From IMG/VR virus record IMGVR_UViG_3300035670_000162, positions 6,428 through 70,427 of that record: DNA of 64,000 nucleotides; one strand, 5' to 3'. Shown here one piece after another: positions 18,776 to 29,900 of the stretch (position 1 is the stretch's first letter; every line of letters starts with the position of its first letter). The notes beneath the pieces were generated by a model, which made no database searches, was not told the origin of the DNA, and saw nothing but the letters and a program-made list of their open reading frames with translations. Made by a program: the position numbers and the translations under genes. The stretch comes from a virus.

Positions 18776-21700
18776 GTGATGGCTAGTAGAGAAGATTTTG
18801 TTCTTCAGGTATCTGTTGACGGCAAAGAACAGATTGACCAGCTTTCTGGCTCTTTGAGATCAGTTCTTACTGCGGGTAAAAATCTTACCAGGCAAACAAA
18901 AGAGATGGATGCTAAGCAGCGCGCTCTTAGCAAAGCGATAGGTCTTACATCTAAAGGCAATCAAGAGTATGCTAGAAGTCTAAAAGAGGCTATAGGTAAC
19001 CATAAAGTCATTTCTGGTGAGATGAAAAAGCTTGCTGCAGAAGCTGGCAAGCTCAATCATGCGGCCAAAAATCTTAATGGAGAATTTAGTCCAAGACAGG
19101 TTAGGCAGTTAAAGACTTACTCTAAAGGTCTTAAAGAAATGGAGCGTAACCTTAAACAGGTTAGGCCGAGAGCTTTAGTTAATGATTTAAAGTCCCTTTC
19201 CGTTCAAATTAAAAAAGCTGGTAAGGATGCCCAGTTCGTAGGTCGAAGCCTTATCATAGGTTTAACAATGCCAATTATTGGGTTTGCTAATAGAGGCATC
19301 GCAGCCCTTGTTGCTTATGATAGAGAGTTTGTTCGTCTAAATAAAATTTTAGGCGATTCAGTAAAAACAATGTCTAACCTAGAAGACCAGTTATTTGCTA
19401 TGAGCAATAAGTTTGGTGTCTCAAGGGATTTGATAACAGGCGTCACCGCTGACTTTGCCGAACTAGGTGTTACTGGCGACGAAGTTTTGATGAGGTTGAC
19501 AGAACTTACCAATGAGGTAGCCATTCTGGGTACGATGGATATCTCAGATTCTCAAGATCTCATTCAAACAATGTTTTTAGGAACAATTAGAACTTTAGAG
19601 ACAATGTCTAATGCTTCCATCCAATCAATGAATGCGATGGAGAAGCAAGAGTTGGCGATAAAGTCTCTGACTAATCAAATGTATGTCTTCAACGCTGTTG
19701 AAAACAACACGGCTCTCTCATTCAGAGATATGGCCGAGTCTTTGCCAGAAGTCACAGCTGCAGTTGTGCCATTTGGTATTTCTTTAACTCAAGCTGCGGC
19801 TTTCTTAGCCCCAATGAAAGCTGGTGGCATTGATGTGTCAGTTGCAGCCAATGGTTTAAAAGTTTCTCTACAGAGGTTAATCACCCCAACCGGCCTGCTA
19901 ACTAAAGAGATGGACAGGCTGACATCAATGTATTCCGAATCCTCAGAGGTTCTTCGTGATGCTTTTGATAGAACTACTGGGATCGGGATGTCTTCGATTC
20001 AAGGTTTGATTGATGCAACAATGGAGCTTAGAGATGTAGCTGATGATGAAACTGTTTTAAGGTTTTACTCTTTACTGTTCCAGAAAAGACAGTCTACTAG
20101 AATGTTAACTGCAATGGATAGCTTGGTTGCTTTCCAGAGGGAAATGAACACAGGCCCGTTCGCTCAATATACAGCTCAGCTTAACAATATTGTTGCGAAT
20201 ATGAACAGCATTCATGATTCAGCAATACCAGCTATTAAAGATATTGAAACATTTACTCTCGTAACAAGTATTGCAAACTCTATGGCTGGTGAGACTGTTC
20301 AAGGCTTTGTTGGTCCGTTAGCTGAAAAAGACATTCAGGCTGCAAGGCAGGCTAGGGAAGAGTTTAGGGAATACATTAAAGATATAGAGACAACTTCTGC
20401 TGATGGTGTTCAGATTGTAGATACGATTACATCACAAGCAGGCAAAACTTTGTTTGTGGAGCTTCTTGGCGCATCGAATGCTGCGGAACTAGCTCAGAAA
20501 GAGCTTAATATTGCTTTAAATTCTACATCAAAATCGATGGACCGAATAAAAATAGGTCTGAAAAATATGGCTGTGGAACTTTTATCTGTTCTGGAAGGAC
20601 CAATAAAAGCTGCCGGTAATTTTACTGTTAGAGTCGCTGAAGCTTTTAGAGGAATGCCGGAAATTCTTAAAATAGCTATTGTTTCGTTTTTTGGCCTCGC
20701 CACGGCGATCGGCCCGGCTGTTTTTATTGGAGGCCAGCTAAAGCTGGCTTTTGGGGTTTTGACTGGAGCGTTTCTTCGTTTTATACCAGCAATGTCTACG
20801 GTTACTGCTGAATCGATTATTGCAGCGCCAGCTATGTTGAGACTTAAAAGAAGTGTTCAGCTGACTGGCGATGGCTTCAGCACTTCTGCTGGTCGTTTCT
20901 CAATGTTTGTAGCTAGTTTGGCTAGTGGCGAAGGAAGAATAGCATCAGTGGCTAACAGGCTTGGTTTGATGACTGGAATTCTGAAGAAGCAAACCACTGC
21001 CGGTCTTGGTGTTGAGGCCGCTATATCTTCACAAACAGCAATGGGTGGCCGCTCAATGAAGCAACTTGTTGATGACGCATTTAGCGAATCAATGGCTACA
21101 ATGACAACTGCTGCATCCACAGCTGCCTCCACTACAACGACTGCAGCAACAACTGCAGGGACTACAGCAACGACTGCAGCCTCAACCGCTGCAGGCACAA
21201 CCACTTCAGGAGCAACTACTGCTGCCAGTATAACAACTAATGCTGCAACGAATGCTTCTGCGACAATGGTTGCTGGTGCAACACAATCTGCTGCTATTTT
21301 ATCTGCGGCAACAGGCAAGCCGTTGAGCGGTGCGTCTAAAACAGCCTCTGGTGCTCTAACTGGATTTGCAGCCATTGGTGCAGCGCCAACAGCGTCGCAG
21401 ACAGCCGCGGCTCTTGCTGCATCGACAGGTAAGCCATTAACAGGTTTAGCTAAAACTGGATCAGGAGCTATCTCAGGGTTCGCTGCGATGGGAGCGGCAC
21501 CACTTTCAGGCTCTATTCCAAAATCTGCCAGTAAACCTCAGCTTAGCTCCACTGTTAAGGCTGGCCTTTTCAATAAGGCTCAAGAAAGAGCTTTAAACAA
21601 TTTGCGTCAAGGGTTAACTATTGACGCGTATAATGATCTTCAATTAGCACATATTAAAGGTCAAGAAAAAGTTGTAAAAATAGTTGATAGAGGCGGACAA

Positions 21701-24700
21701 AAAATAAGACAAGTCCAGAAAGATATAGATGTCCAAGATTTTAAAAATTTTGATACAAGTGTCAAGAGACGCTATAACGGTCTAGTTAATGCAGAAGTTC
21801 GCAGGCTAGACCTTATCGCTCAGCAGCAAGCTGCAGCGAAAGCTCAACAGCTTGCTGCTAGCAACGCCGCAGGTAAAGCCGCAGCGGCTCAGCAAGCTGC
21901 GAATGCCAAAACATTAGCAACTCAACAAGCAGCTCAGCAGTCAGCTCAAGCTAAGCAAAATTATAAAGCTCAGCAGTCTCTTGCTAGAAAGCGACTGTAC
22001 GGAATTGATGCAGCAAAACAAAGAAGAGACGCCATTAACGCAAGGCAGACTCAAAGGCAAGCAGGAATCGATGCGGCGAAGCAGAGAAGGGATATGATTG
22101 CCAATGACAGAGCGATCAGAAGACAAGCTGGGCTTGATGCCGCCAGGCGTAGAAGGGATTTTTTCCAGTCACCAGCCCAGCAGGCTAGGCGTGCAAATAT
22201 TGAAGTGGCGAAAGATAGGCTTGAACGCTCCACCAGAAGACAATATGGTATAGATTTCGCAAAAAATCGACGTGATCAATTGGCGGCTGAACGAGCTGCT
22301 GCAAGAAGGCCTATGGCTAGAGCTAAAAAGTTTATCAAATTAGATTATGTCGATGATGCAGCAAAAGGATCACTTAATAGAGTATCAAGAATTTTTAATA
22401 AGCTACCTAATGTTATTAAAGGGCCATTTGGAAAAGTTGGTCGTATATTCTCAACTTTGTTTAACTTTGGTCCTTTAAAATCAGGTTTAAATTTTATAGT
22501 TAAAGGGTTTAAAGCCTTCGCTTTCCCAGCTTTAAAAATATTAGATGTTATTTTAAAATTAAATAAATCTTTTAAAATTTTTAAAATATTGATAGGTGGT
22601 TTAGGTCTTGGTTTAATAGCTGGAGCCGTAGCCTTACTTCTTCCATATATAAAAGCAGTTGTTGACTATTTTGAAGTTTTTAAAGTAAAAACTTCTGGAG
22701 CAGTCAAGGCTTTAAAGCAAGCTTTCGATAACGTCAAAGCTGCTGTTATGGCTATAATTTCTCCATTCCAAGATTTTATATCATCACTTATGGGTGGTGG
22801 AAGCAATGGTTATCAGAAAATGAGCGCCATTGCTGATATTGTGAATAAAGTATCAGATTTTATTCTTAAAGCATCTGAAGCTGTTAGAAGTTTTGTGGAA
22901 GATTATGTTGAGCCTTTTATAAGAAAAGCTCTCGGCGCACTTCAAGAGTTCATAGGTGGTTTTGTGGATATTATTAAAGCAGCCATCAATATGAAAAATG
23001 GTGTAGAGGGTTCTGGCGAGGCGATGAAAGAGGGCTTAAACAGGGTATTTAACGGAATAGTCCAATTTGTTTTGGGTACTGTAGTCCCAGCTATTGTCAG
23101 CGCCTTCTTCGCTTTAGCAAAAGGTGTTCTTAAAATTTTTATTGCAATAGTTCAAAGGTCCCCTTCGATTCTTGGAATGCTCGTAAAGATATTTTTGAAA
23201 GTTGTAAATATTGGTCTTGATTTATTTAAAGCTTTTGTCATGGGCGTTTTTCATCTTTGGGCTAATTTGCCAAAGTATGCTGCAATGGCTTTTAATAAAG
23301 TTTTAAATGTAATTGTTGATTTTGCAAATTTAGCTATTGATATAATAGCCACTATTGCAAGAAATGTAATTAATCTTGGTGGTCTTCTTAGTAACATACC
23401 AGGGTTTGATGGTCTTGTAAATACAGTTTTCAACTTTGTTGAAGAAAAAGTTGGTGGTGCCACTGTTGCAGTCGAAAACTTTGGTCAATCTGTTGAAGAC
23501 GCTGGGGCCAGTTTAACAGACAATCTTGTAGGTATGCTTGGAGGTGTTGACCGTGCTCTGTCATCAGTTATCAACGGTGTTCAGAGTGGGCTTGATGGAG
23601 TCGGTAACGCTGCTGCTAATGCCGGATCATGGCTCAGCGATTTTATTGATGCACCTCTTGCATCTCTTGAAGATGGTCTAGATGGAATTCTTGATTCTTT
23701 AAAAAATACAATAAATGATTCACTAAAACGTTTTGAGCCTACACCTATTGGCGAAAGAGTTGGGCGCGATATAACTGATGGAGCAAGGGATGCTTTGGAC
23801 GGTGATCAAATATTTGAGCCTGAAATGGAAAGTGCCGCCGAAGATGCTGGAGCTGCTGCTGGTGAGTCTTTTGCGGAAAAATTCGCAGAAGCTCTAAAAG
23901 GTTTACAAGAAAAATTTGTAGGTTTAGTTAAAGACTTTATTGGTGATAAAATAAAATCTGTTACTGATGAACTTACTAATGCTTTAGAAGCTCAGAGGGA
24001 AACAGCTCTTAATGTATTTGATGAGCAATTAAAGGCTCTGGATGCTTTAGAAAAAGCCGAGCAGTCTTTGATGCGTGAAAGAGAGTTTATTGCAAATAGG
24101 AAAAAAATTCTTGACGAGAGAGAGCTTAACCGTCAGAATTATATGCGCAATAGGGCGCTCGCTATTTATGAGGGTAGGATTGATGATGCAAGAATGCTTG
24201 ATTTGGAAGAGCAAAAGAGTGCTGCTGATAGCGCATCTTCACTTCAGGATCTGCAGGATAAAAGGAATGAAGAGTTAAGAAAAGAAAATCTTGACTTCTT
24301 AAAAGATCAAATTAAGGAAGCTAAAGAGGCTGCTGATGAGTTTTTCAGAGAGCAAATCGAAGCTTTTAAAACAGCTTCTCAAGAGATTACAAAGTTTGCT
24401 CCAAATACAATAGAGGATTATCAAAAGCAGCTTGATGATCTCGTAGCCCTTGCTACCGGCTTTGCTGAAGACAATGCTGCCGAATTTTCTCAAACTTTTG
24501 AGAATATGAATCAAAAAATATCTTCTGATATGCCTAATAAAGTGGTAGGTGTCTTTGGTGAAAATTTGGATGACATGATCGCTGTAGCTATTGAGAAGTA
24601 TGGTTTAGGCGATATGAATTCTGGGATTGTCGGAGCGACAACCTCAATGCTTGAAAATATTAGCAACTCTATTGATACTTCAAACGTTCTGCCATCCTGG

Positions 24701-25738
24701 GTGTCTCTACTTGGTGATATTGAAAATGAAGTATTAAATGCTGGGACTGGGAAGATAGCAGAAGTTATTGAAATGTATGGACCTCAAAAAGTCCTGGAAG
24801 AAGCTATTGATAATGCAAACCAGTCAATCCTTCATGAATGGCGTGGAACTTTAGGTCATATTGCTTCTGAAGTAGAGGGGCTGGTTGGCTTTATGGACCC
24901 AATGCTTACAGAGATTCTTAAAGCTCAAACTGCTTTTGAGATGCTAGCTGATGCTGCAAGGAGTGCCGGTTCGGCAGCTAGCGGAGCGACTGGTGGCGGA
25001 GCGACTGGTGGCGGACCCCCTGGTGGCGGACCTTCACCTTCCAATCCGCCAGTAGCGGCTGTGAACCCTCCAGCGCCAGCTTCTGCGGCCATTGCTGCGT
25101 CTGTTAGGTCTTCTTTGAGCGCATTCTTGTCTGGACGACTTCCGGCCAGCATTGTCCCATCGATTGTTTCTCAAATGTCAGGTGGTGCCATAAATATTGT
25201 TAGGCAGTATATGACAAACTCAGATTTAAATGTGAGAAGAAGTATTTATGCGACGATATCTGCATCTATGGGTGGTAATTTAAATCTGTTTAAAGACTGG
25301 GTTACAAGCAGATACGGGGCTGCTGTCACATATACCGGTGGAGGTGGGGCAAATGCTTCAGGTAGCGGCAGGAACTCAATGCTTCTTGCTAATGGAGGAT
25401 ATGTGCCTAAGTTTGCAAATCAAAGTATCCCGGCGACATTACATGGCGGAGAGTTTGTTGTAAGTGCAAATGCGGTCAAAAATATAGGGATGGCCACCCT
25501 CCAATCTCTGAATAATATGAGGTTTTCATCTCCTTCAAATTATTCAGGAAATAATAGCGGAACCACTATAAATAAAACTAGCACAACAAATATTTATGTT
25601 GAGACTTTTGTTGGGGAAGATAAGTGGTTCCAGTCAATGCTTAAAGAGTACAACATTAAGCACAAACCGATAGCTGAAAAACAGATGAGCGGTGGGAATA
25701 GATTCTATTCAACTTATCGCTCGGAGGCCGGATACTGA
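18776..25738 (+). CDS. Tape measure protein (2320 aa)
   Basis: TP901-like core (GRSLIIGLTMPI, AANGLK.SL.RL..P), long amphipathic and coiled-coil regions, ANGGYV..LHGGEFVV C-terminus. Confidence 0.92.
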   Translation: MMASREDFVLQVSVDGKEQIDQLSGSLRSVLTAGKNLTRQTKEMDAKQRALSKAIGLTSKGNQEYARSLKEAIGNHKVISGEMKKLAAEAGKLNHAAKNLNGEFSPRQVRQLKTYSKGLKEMERNLKQVRPRALVNDLKSLSVQIKKAGKDAQFVGRSLIIGLTMPIIGFANRGIAALVAYDREFVRLNKILGDSVKTMSNLEDQLFAMSNKFGVSRDLITGVTADFAELGVTGDEVLMRLTELTNEVAILGTMDISDSQDLIQTMFLGTIRTLETMSNASIQSMNAMEKQELAIKSLTNQMYVFNAVENNTALSFRDMAESLPEVTAAVVPFGISLTQAAAFLAPMKAGGIDVSVAANGLKVSLQRLITPTGLLTKEMDRLTSMYSESSEVLRDAFDRTTGIGMSSIQGLIDATMELRDVADDETVLRFYSLLFQKRQSTRMLTAMDSLVAFQREMNTGPFAQYTAQLNNIVANMNSIHDSAIPAIKDIETFTLVTSIANSMAGETVQGFVGPLAEKDIQAARQAREEFREYIKDIETTSADGVQIVDTITSQAGKTLFVELLGASNAAELAQKELNIALNSTSKSMDRIKIGLKNMAVELLSVLEGPIKAAGNFTVRVAEAFRGMPEILKIAIVSFFGLATAIGPAVFIGGQLKLAFGVLTGAFLRFIPAMSTVTAESIIAAPAMLRLKRSVQLTGDGFSTSAGRFSMFVASLASGEGRIASVANRLGLMTGILKKQTTAGLGVEAAISSQTAMGGRSMKQLVDDAFSESMATMTTAASTAASTTTTAATTAGTTATTAASTAAGTTTSGATTAASITTNAATNASATMVAGATQSAAILSAATGKPLSGASKTASGALTGFAAIGAAPTASQTAAALAASTGKPLTGLAKTGSGAISGFAAMGAAPLSGSIPKSASKPQLSSTVKAGLFNKAQERALNNLRQGLTIDAYNDLQLAHIKGQEKVVKIVDRGGQKIRQVQKDIDVQDFKNFDTSVKRRYNGLVNAEVRRLDLIAQQQAAAKAQQLAASNAAGKAAAAQQAANAKTLATQQAAQQSAQAKQNYKAQQSLARKRLYGIDAAKQRRDAINARQTQRQAGIDAAKQRRDMIANDRAIRRQAGLDAARRRRDFFQSPAQQARRANIEVAKDRLERSTRRQYGIDFAKNRRDQLAAERAAARRPMARAKKFIKLDYVDDAAKGSLNRVSRIFNKLPNVIKGPFGKVGRIFSTLFNFGPLKSGLNFIVKGFKAFAFPALKILDVILKLNKSFKIFKILIGGLGLGLIAGAVALLLPYIKAVVDYFEVFKVKTSGAVKALKQAFDNVKAAVMAIISPFQDFISSLMGGGSNGYQKMSAIADIVNKVSDFILKASEAVRSFVEDYVEPFIRKALGALQEFIGGFVDIIKAAINMKNGVEGSGEAMKEGLNRVFNGIVQFVLGTVVPAIVSAFFALAKGVLKIFIAIVQRSPSILGMLVKIFLKVVNIGLDLFKAFVMGVFHLWANLPKYAAMAFNKVLNVIVDFANLAIDIIATIARNVINLGGLLSNIPGFDGLVNTVFNFVEEKVGGATVAVENFGQSVEDAGASLTDNLVGMLGGVDRALSSVINGVQSGLDGVGNAAANAGSWLSDFIDAPLASLEDGLDGILDSLKNTINDSLKRFEPTPIGERVGRDITDGARDALDGDQIFEPEMESAAEDAGAAAGESFAEKFAEALKGLQEKFVGLVKDFIGDKIKSVTDELTNALEAQRETALNVFDEQLKALDALEKAEQSLMREREFIANRKKILDERELNRQNYMRNRALAIYEGRIDDARMLDLEEQKSAADSASSLQDLQDKRNEELRKENLDFLKDQIKEAKEAADEFFREQIEAFKTASQEITKFAPNTIEDYQKQLDDLVALATGFAEDNAAEFSQTFENMNQKISSDMPNKVVGVFGENLDDMIAVAIEKYGLGDMNSGIVGATTSMLENISNSIDTSNVLPSWVSLLGDIENEVLNAGTGKIAEVIEMYGPQKVLEEAIDNANQSILHEWRGTLGHIASEVEGLVGFMDPMLTEILKAQTAFEMLADAARSAGSAASGATGGGATGGGPPGGGPSPSNPPVAAVNPPAPASAAIAASVRSSLSAFLSGRLPASIVPSIVSQMSGGAINIVRQYMTNSDLNVRRSIYATISASMGGNLNLFKDWVTSRYGAAVTYTGGGGANASGSGRNSMLLANGGYVPKFANQSIPATLHGGEFVVSANAVKNIGMATLQSLNNMRFSSPSNYSGNNSGTTINKTSTTNIYVETFVGEDKWFQSMLKEYNIKHKPIAEKQMSGGNRFYSTYRSEAGY
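24984..25030 (+). repeat. Short in-frame tandem repeat (GGAGCGACTGGTGGC x2 plus variant) encoding GATGG
   Basis: ggagcgactggtggc ggagcgactggtggc ggaccccctggtggcgga. Confidence 0.7.
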
Positions 25739-25739
25739 T

Positions 25740-26159
25740 ATGGCTGTTATTCAAAATCAACAAACGTCTTTGATAAAATACATGTCTTTAAATAACACGC
25801 AAATTACAGTTGGCGGATCCGTTATTTCTGCGACAGAAAATTTAAACGTTTCTGATATAGAGACTGCTGCCGGTAGAAAAAAGAGGTTTTATAAAAAAAA
25901 TAAAAAAAGTATAAATGTATCATATAGCTATATCGCCTCGTCTAGCGACAAAACAGTAGATGGCCGTGAAGGTCGTGATTTTATACATAATTTAGCAGTT
26001 TCTGCTCCGTATGTTTTTGTCTCATATAGGGATGACCCGAATGGGGTAGATGAGCAGTTTTATGGATTTATAGATTCTTATAGTGACTCGGTTATTAGAA
26101 GAGATATACAAAATCAATGCATTTATTATGAAATGACTTTTGATATAATGGAGGCGTAA
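25740..26159 (+). CDS. Tail tip (distal-tail-like) protein
   Basis: Follows tape measure; ETAAGRKKRFY..KK, TVDG; ATG 25740 with SD GGAGG. Confidence 0.6.
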   Translation: MAVIQNQQTSLIKYMSLNNTQITVGGSVISATENLNVSDIETAAGRKKRFYKKNKKSINVSYSYIASSSDKTVDGREGRDFIHNLAVSAPYVFVSYRDDPNGVDEQFYGFIDSYSDSVIRRDIQNQCIYYEMTFDIMEA

Positions 26160-26905
26160 TGCTAGGAAAGTTTTCTTTTACAGATAGCCTCCGTGGAATT
26201 GATTTTTATGGCCCAGACCCCGCAAATGAGGTTTCAGTCTCAATTTCAGGGTCAGTTGAGTCAACAGGTACTGTAATAGCTTTAGGTACATCATCACTTG
26301 ATGGCGAACTTACCACTTCATTATCATCTTTAAAGATTTCACTTGGCGAGTCCTCTATGGATTCAACGTCGGTAACATTAGCCGCTTTTATTGAAATACT
26401 TTTATCCCCTGAAATCACCATCTCAAGCTCTGCAACTTTAAATTTTATCGGTGGTATTAAATTTAGCCCGTCTTTAGTTGAAGACACTCAGTCTATTAGG
26501 CCCCTTCTGGTTATTGATGGAATACCTATTTCTGAACATGGAAGAACTTTTAATGAATCAATATTTCATTCTTATGTTGAAACAAAAAATTGGGATGCTA
26601 GACTAAGAAGATATTATAGAAGAACAAACGGTCGCAAAACATTTAGTATCTCTTGGACATATCTGCCGGGGGAGAGAGAATTTACTGCTGATTTAAGATT
26701 TGGAAGAAATAAAATCAAAGAACTGGCTCAAGATCCAGATGTTCATATTTTAAAAATAAGAAATATTGATACTGATGGCTTAACACCTTATAGCGAAGAC
26801 GAATATAATGTTTTAGTTATATCTTATACAGAAACTTTGTTGAGAAGAGATGAAAATCAAAATGTTTACTTTTGGGATTGTAGTTTGGAATTGGAGGAAG
26901 TGTAG
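26159..26905 (+). CDS. Minor tail protein; C-terminus resembles the preceding gene
   Basis: RRYY...RKTFSISWTYLP...TAD...LRRD...LEE. Confidence 0.6.
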   Translation: MLGKFSFTDSLRGIDFYGPDPANEVSVSISGSVESTGTVIALGTSSLDGELTTSLSSLKISLGESSMDSTSVTLAAFIEILLSPEITISSSATLNFIGGIKFSPSLVEDTQSIRPLLVIDGIPISEHGRTFNESIFHSYVETKNWDARLRRYYRRTNGRKTFSISWTYLPGEREFTADLRFGRNKIKELAQDPDVHILKIRNIDTDGLTPYSEDEYNVLVISYTETLLRRDENQNVYFWDCSLELEEV

Positions 26906-29900
26906 TGATTGAAGTAGATATTTATGGTAAACCATTAAGTAGTGACTTTATTGCAAAAGCTTCAGCGACTGCTCAGAAGTTAAAACCAAAAGTTGTAGCT
27001 GTATGGCTTGAAAGTAAGCATAACGAAAACTTATCAGTCTCGGTTGATTCACCAAATAATCACGCATCAACAGCTGTTGGTGATATTGGTTACTACTTCA
27101 CACCAGAGCAAGCTATGAATAGTTTTGATAGGCAATCATTCACATGGGCTGTCGCTGGAGCTAAAGATTTTGATGGAAAAGTTATAAGAGCTGACGGATC
27201 TTGGTACACAATGCCTTCAGATCTTTCTGAGAACTATGAGTTTGGGTGGTGGTCTGGGTCTGTTTCTACATCTAATGCAAACACAACCTACGGCGGTTAT
27301 TCATTTGCTAATAATCCAACCGTTACATTTAATTTTGATTCTAGACCATGTAATTTAGTCAGAGTTTCGACTTCGGAGTTCAATGGCCCTGTCCATACAT
27401 ATAAGATAACTGTTAGATCAAGTGATTCAGGAGCACCTAATCCTTTGTATACAGAGATCATCACTATCCCTGATGATAGCTATTACTATGATCATTTTAT
27501 ACCTCCGTCTCTAATTAGTGGCAATTCTAACGAATTTATAAATGTTAATGAAGTTGAAATAGAAGTTATAACAACTAAGAACCCGCTAGATTATGCAAGA
27601 TTGCAAGAAGTTAACGTAATTTTTGAATCAGATGTTTCTGATGACATTATATCTCTTGATATGGAAAAAACTAGAGATTTGCATGTCACAGAATTACCTA
27701 TTGCTGGAGGCAGTAGCAGTTCAATATCTATATCTTTAGACAACACATCTAAAGATTATAATATTTTTAATTCTTCATCAAAATATGGTCCTTATATTAA
27801 AAAAAATGTAAAATTAAAATCTACAATTGGATGGCAAATTAAAAAAAATAATGATTTATATGTAGATCAGGTTTTGCTTTCAAATATTTCGTCTACTTCA
27901 AACACCATATCTATTGCATCAAACTCAGACTTCCCTGACGGCGGTGTTGGGAATAGCTTTATTGTAATTATTGATCCAGAAAATTATACAAGAGAATATG
28001 TGCTTGTTTCTTCAAAGTCTGGAAGTAGTGTTTTAAATGTTGAACAAAGAGGCTTTAATAATTCTAAAGCCAGAGATCATTCTGCCGGTACCATGGTCAG
28101 GTTTGAAACTTTTGAATACCCAGCGTTTAGTGAGTCATGGGTTGATGAGTGGTCGTCCGATACAGACTCTATGACTTTATCGGCAGCATCTACAGATTGG
28201 ACAAAATTCGCTTCTGAGAAAGTAATAACTAATGGATTTTTTATAGAAAAAGCTGTCGTAGCTGATGCTGTAAGAGATTTGCTTTTAACGACAAACTTTC
28301 CTAAAAAAAAGTTTAAGGCTTTAAATTTATATAATAAGTCAGCTTTAGAAAAAAATGCAATTTTGCATTTAAATTTTTCGGAAACAGTATCGGATAGAAG
28401 TGGGACTTCTATACCTATAAAAAATGGATTAAGATCTAGATTTTTTTCTATGCCCATGTCTCAATATAATAAGGTTAAAGACATAACGGCAGACGCCCTT
28501 GACAGGGAACTTAGTGAGCTAGAAAAAGCTTTAGGCAATACATCTTTCAACTCTGCTGACTACACCGCTAATTCTTCTGAAATTTCATCAAACACATCTA
28601 ATGCGCTAGATTTAATTGATTTTATTTTTAATGATCTGTCTGGTGAGCAGGTTGACTCTTATTACAACATGGTTTTTGACGGGTTCTACGTTCCACCAGA
28701 TAGCGGTAATCAATATCTTGGTATTGCAATAGCCCATGGAGGCGTCAGGGTTTTCCTTGAAGATATTTTAATTTTAGATGAGTTTTTTTTACATCCTGTC
28801 GCTGAGGGTGTCTATGAAGATATACAATCTTCGCTTTTAAACTTAGTTGCAGGCAAGCCGTATAAGATTCGAATAGAATGTTTTCATACTGTTTCATCTA
28901 ATGCAACAGACAAGTTTAGTGTGTATTTACAATACGCGATTGGGTCTAATCCATTAACGATAGTCCCTGCATCAAATGTATACACAATGGCTTCTTTGGA
29001 CATGGTTGGGGCTGTGGATGCTCCATACACCGCTGGGTCCTTGGACAGAGGCAAAGTTACCAATAACGGCATCTATATTGGAGAAGCTCTAATCGGTAAT
29101 GACGGTGGTCTTGTTTCGAGTTCTGAAAATTTTTCTGTAAAATTTGAATCGGGGAAGTACATGAGACTTCCTTATGACCTATCTATAGATATGAGCAACT
29201 CATCTAGCAGCAACTACACCGGAGAATGGTCTGTTGAGATAAACGTAAAACCAGAAACAGGTTCGGAAGCAGGGTTCTCGGGTGATGGTGACTATATAAG
29301 CTCTTTTGACTCCAGTACACCGGCTGGGGGTTTTGAATTTTATAATAATTCAAATAATGGTTTTAAAATTAAGACATCTAGTGGGGTTGAGACTGTCTCT
29401 GCATCCGGTGCTTTGCCAACTGATGGCTGGAGCAACATTGTTGTTACTTTTGATGGATCATCTATTAGATATTATCTAAATGGAGTTCTGGAGGATACGA
29501 CTGTTTTAACTGGATCCATTTCTTCTTGGAATAATCTTGATATATGTTTTGGTGGTAGAAATGCATACTACTTAGTTGGTACTGGAGAGGTTCCACCTGC
29601 AGCAATCAGGCCATTTTATGCAGATCAGTTCATAATCTACAGAAGTTGTTTGAATCAGGAATCCGTGTCTGATAGATACACCGAAGTAAAGATGCAGCCA
29701 TTAACTGTTTATCCATTCCTATATGGCAATGAGGCTTCTGTTAGAGATGTTATTGAAGAAATAACACTTTCTGATCTTGGGCGGTTTTATATAGATGAGC
29801 AGGGGTTCGGTAAGTATGAGCACTTCTACGCTTTCTTTGAGCCTTCTATAGATGTTCATGCAAATGTGCAGCAGATTATTAATGATAATAGTCATATAAT

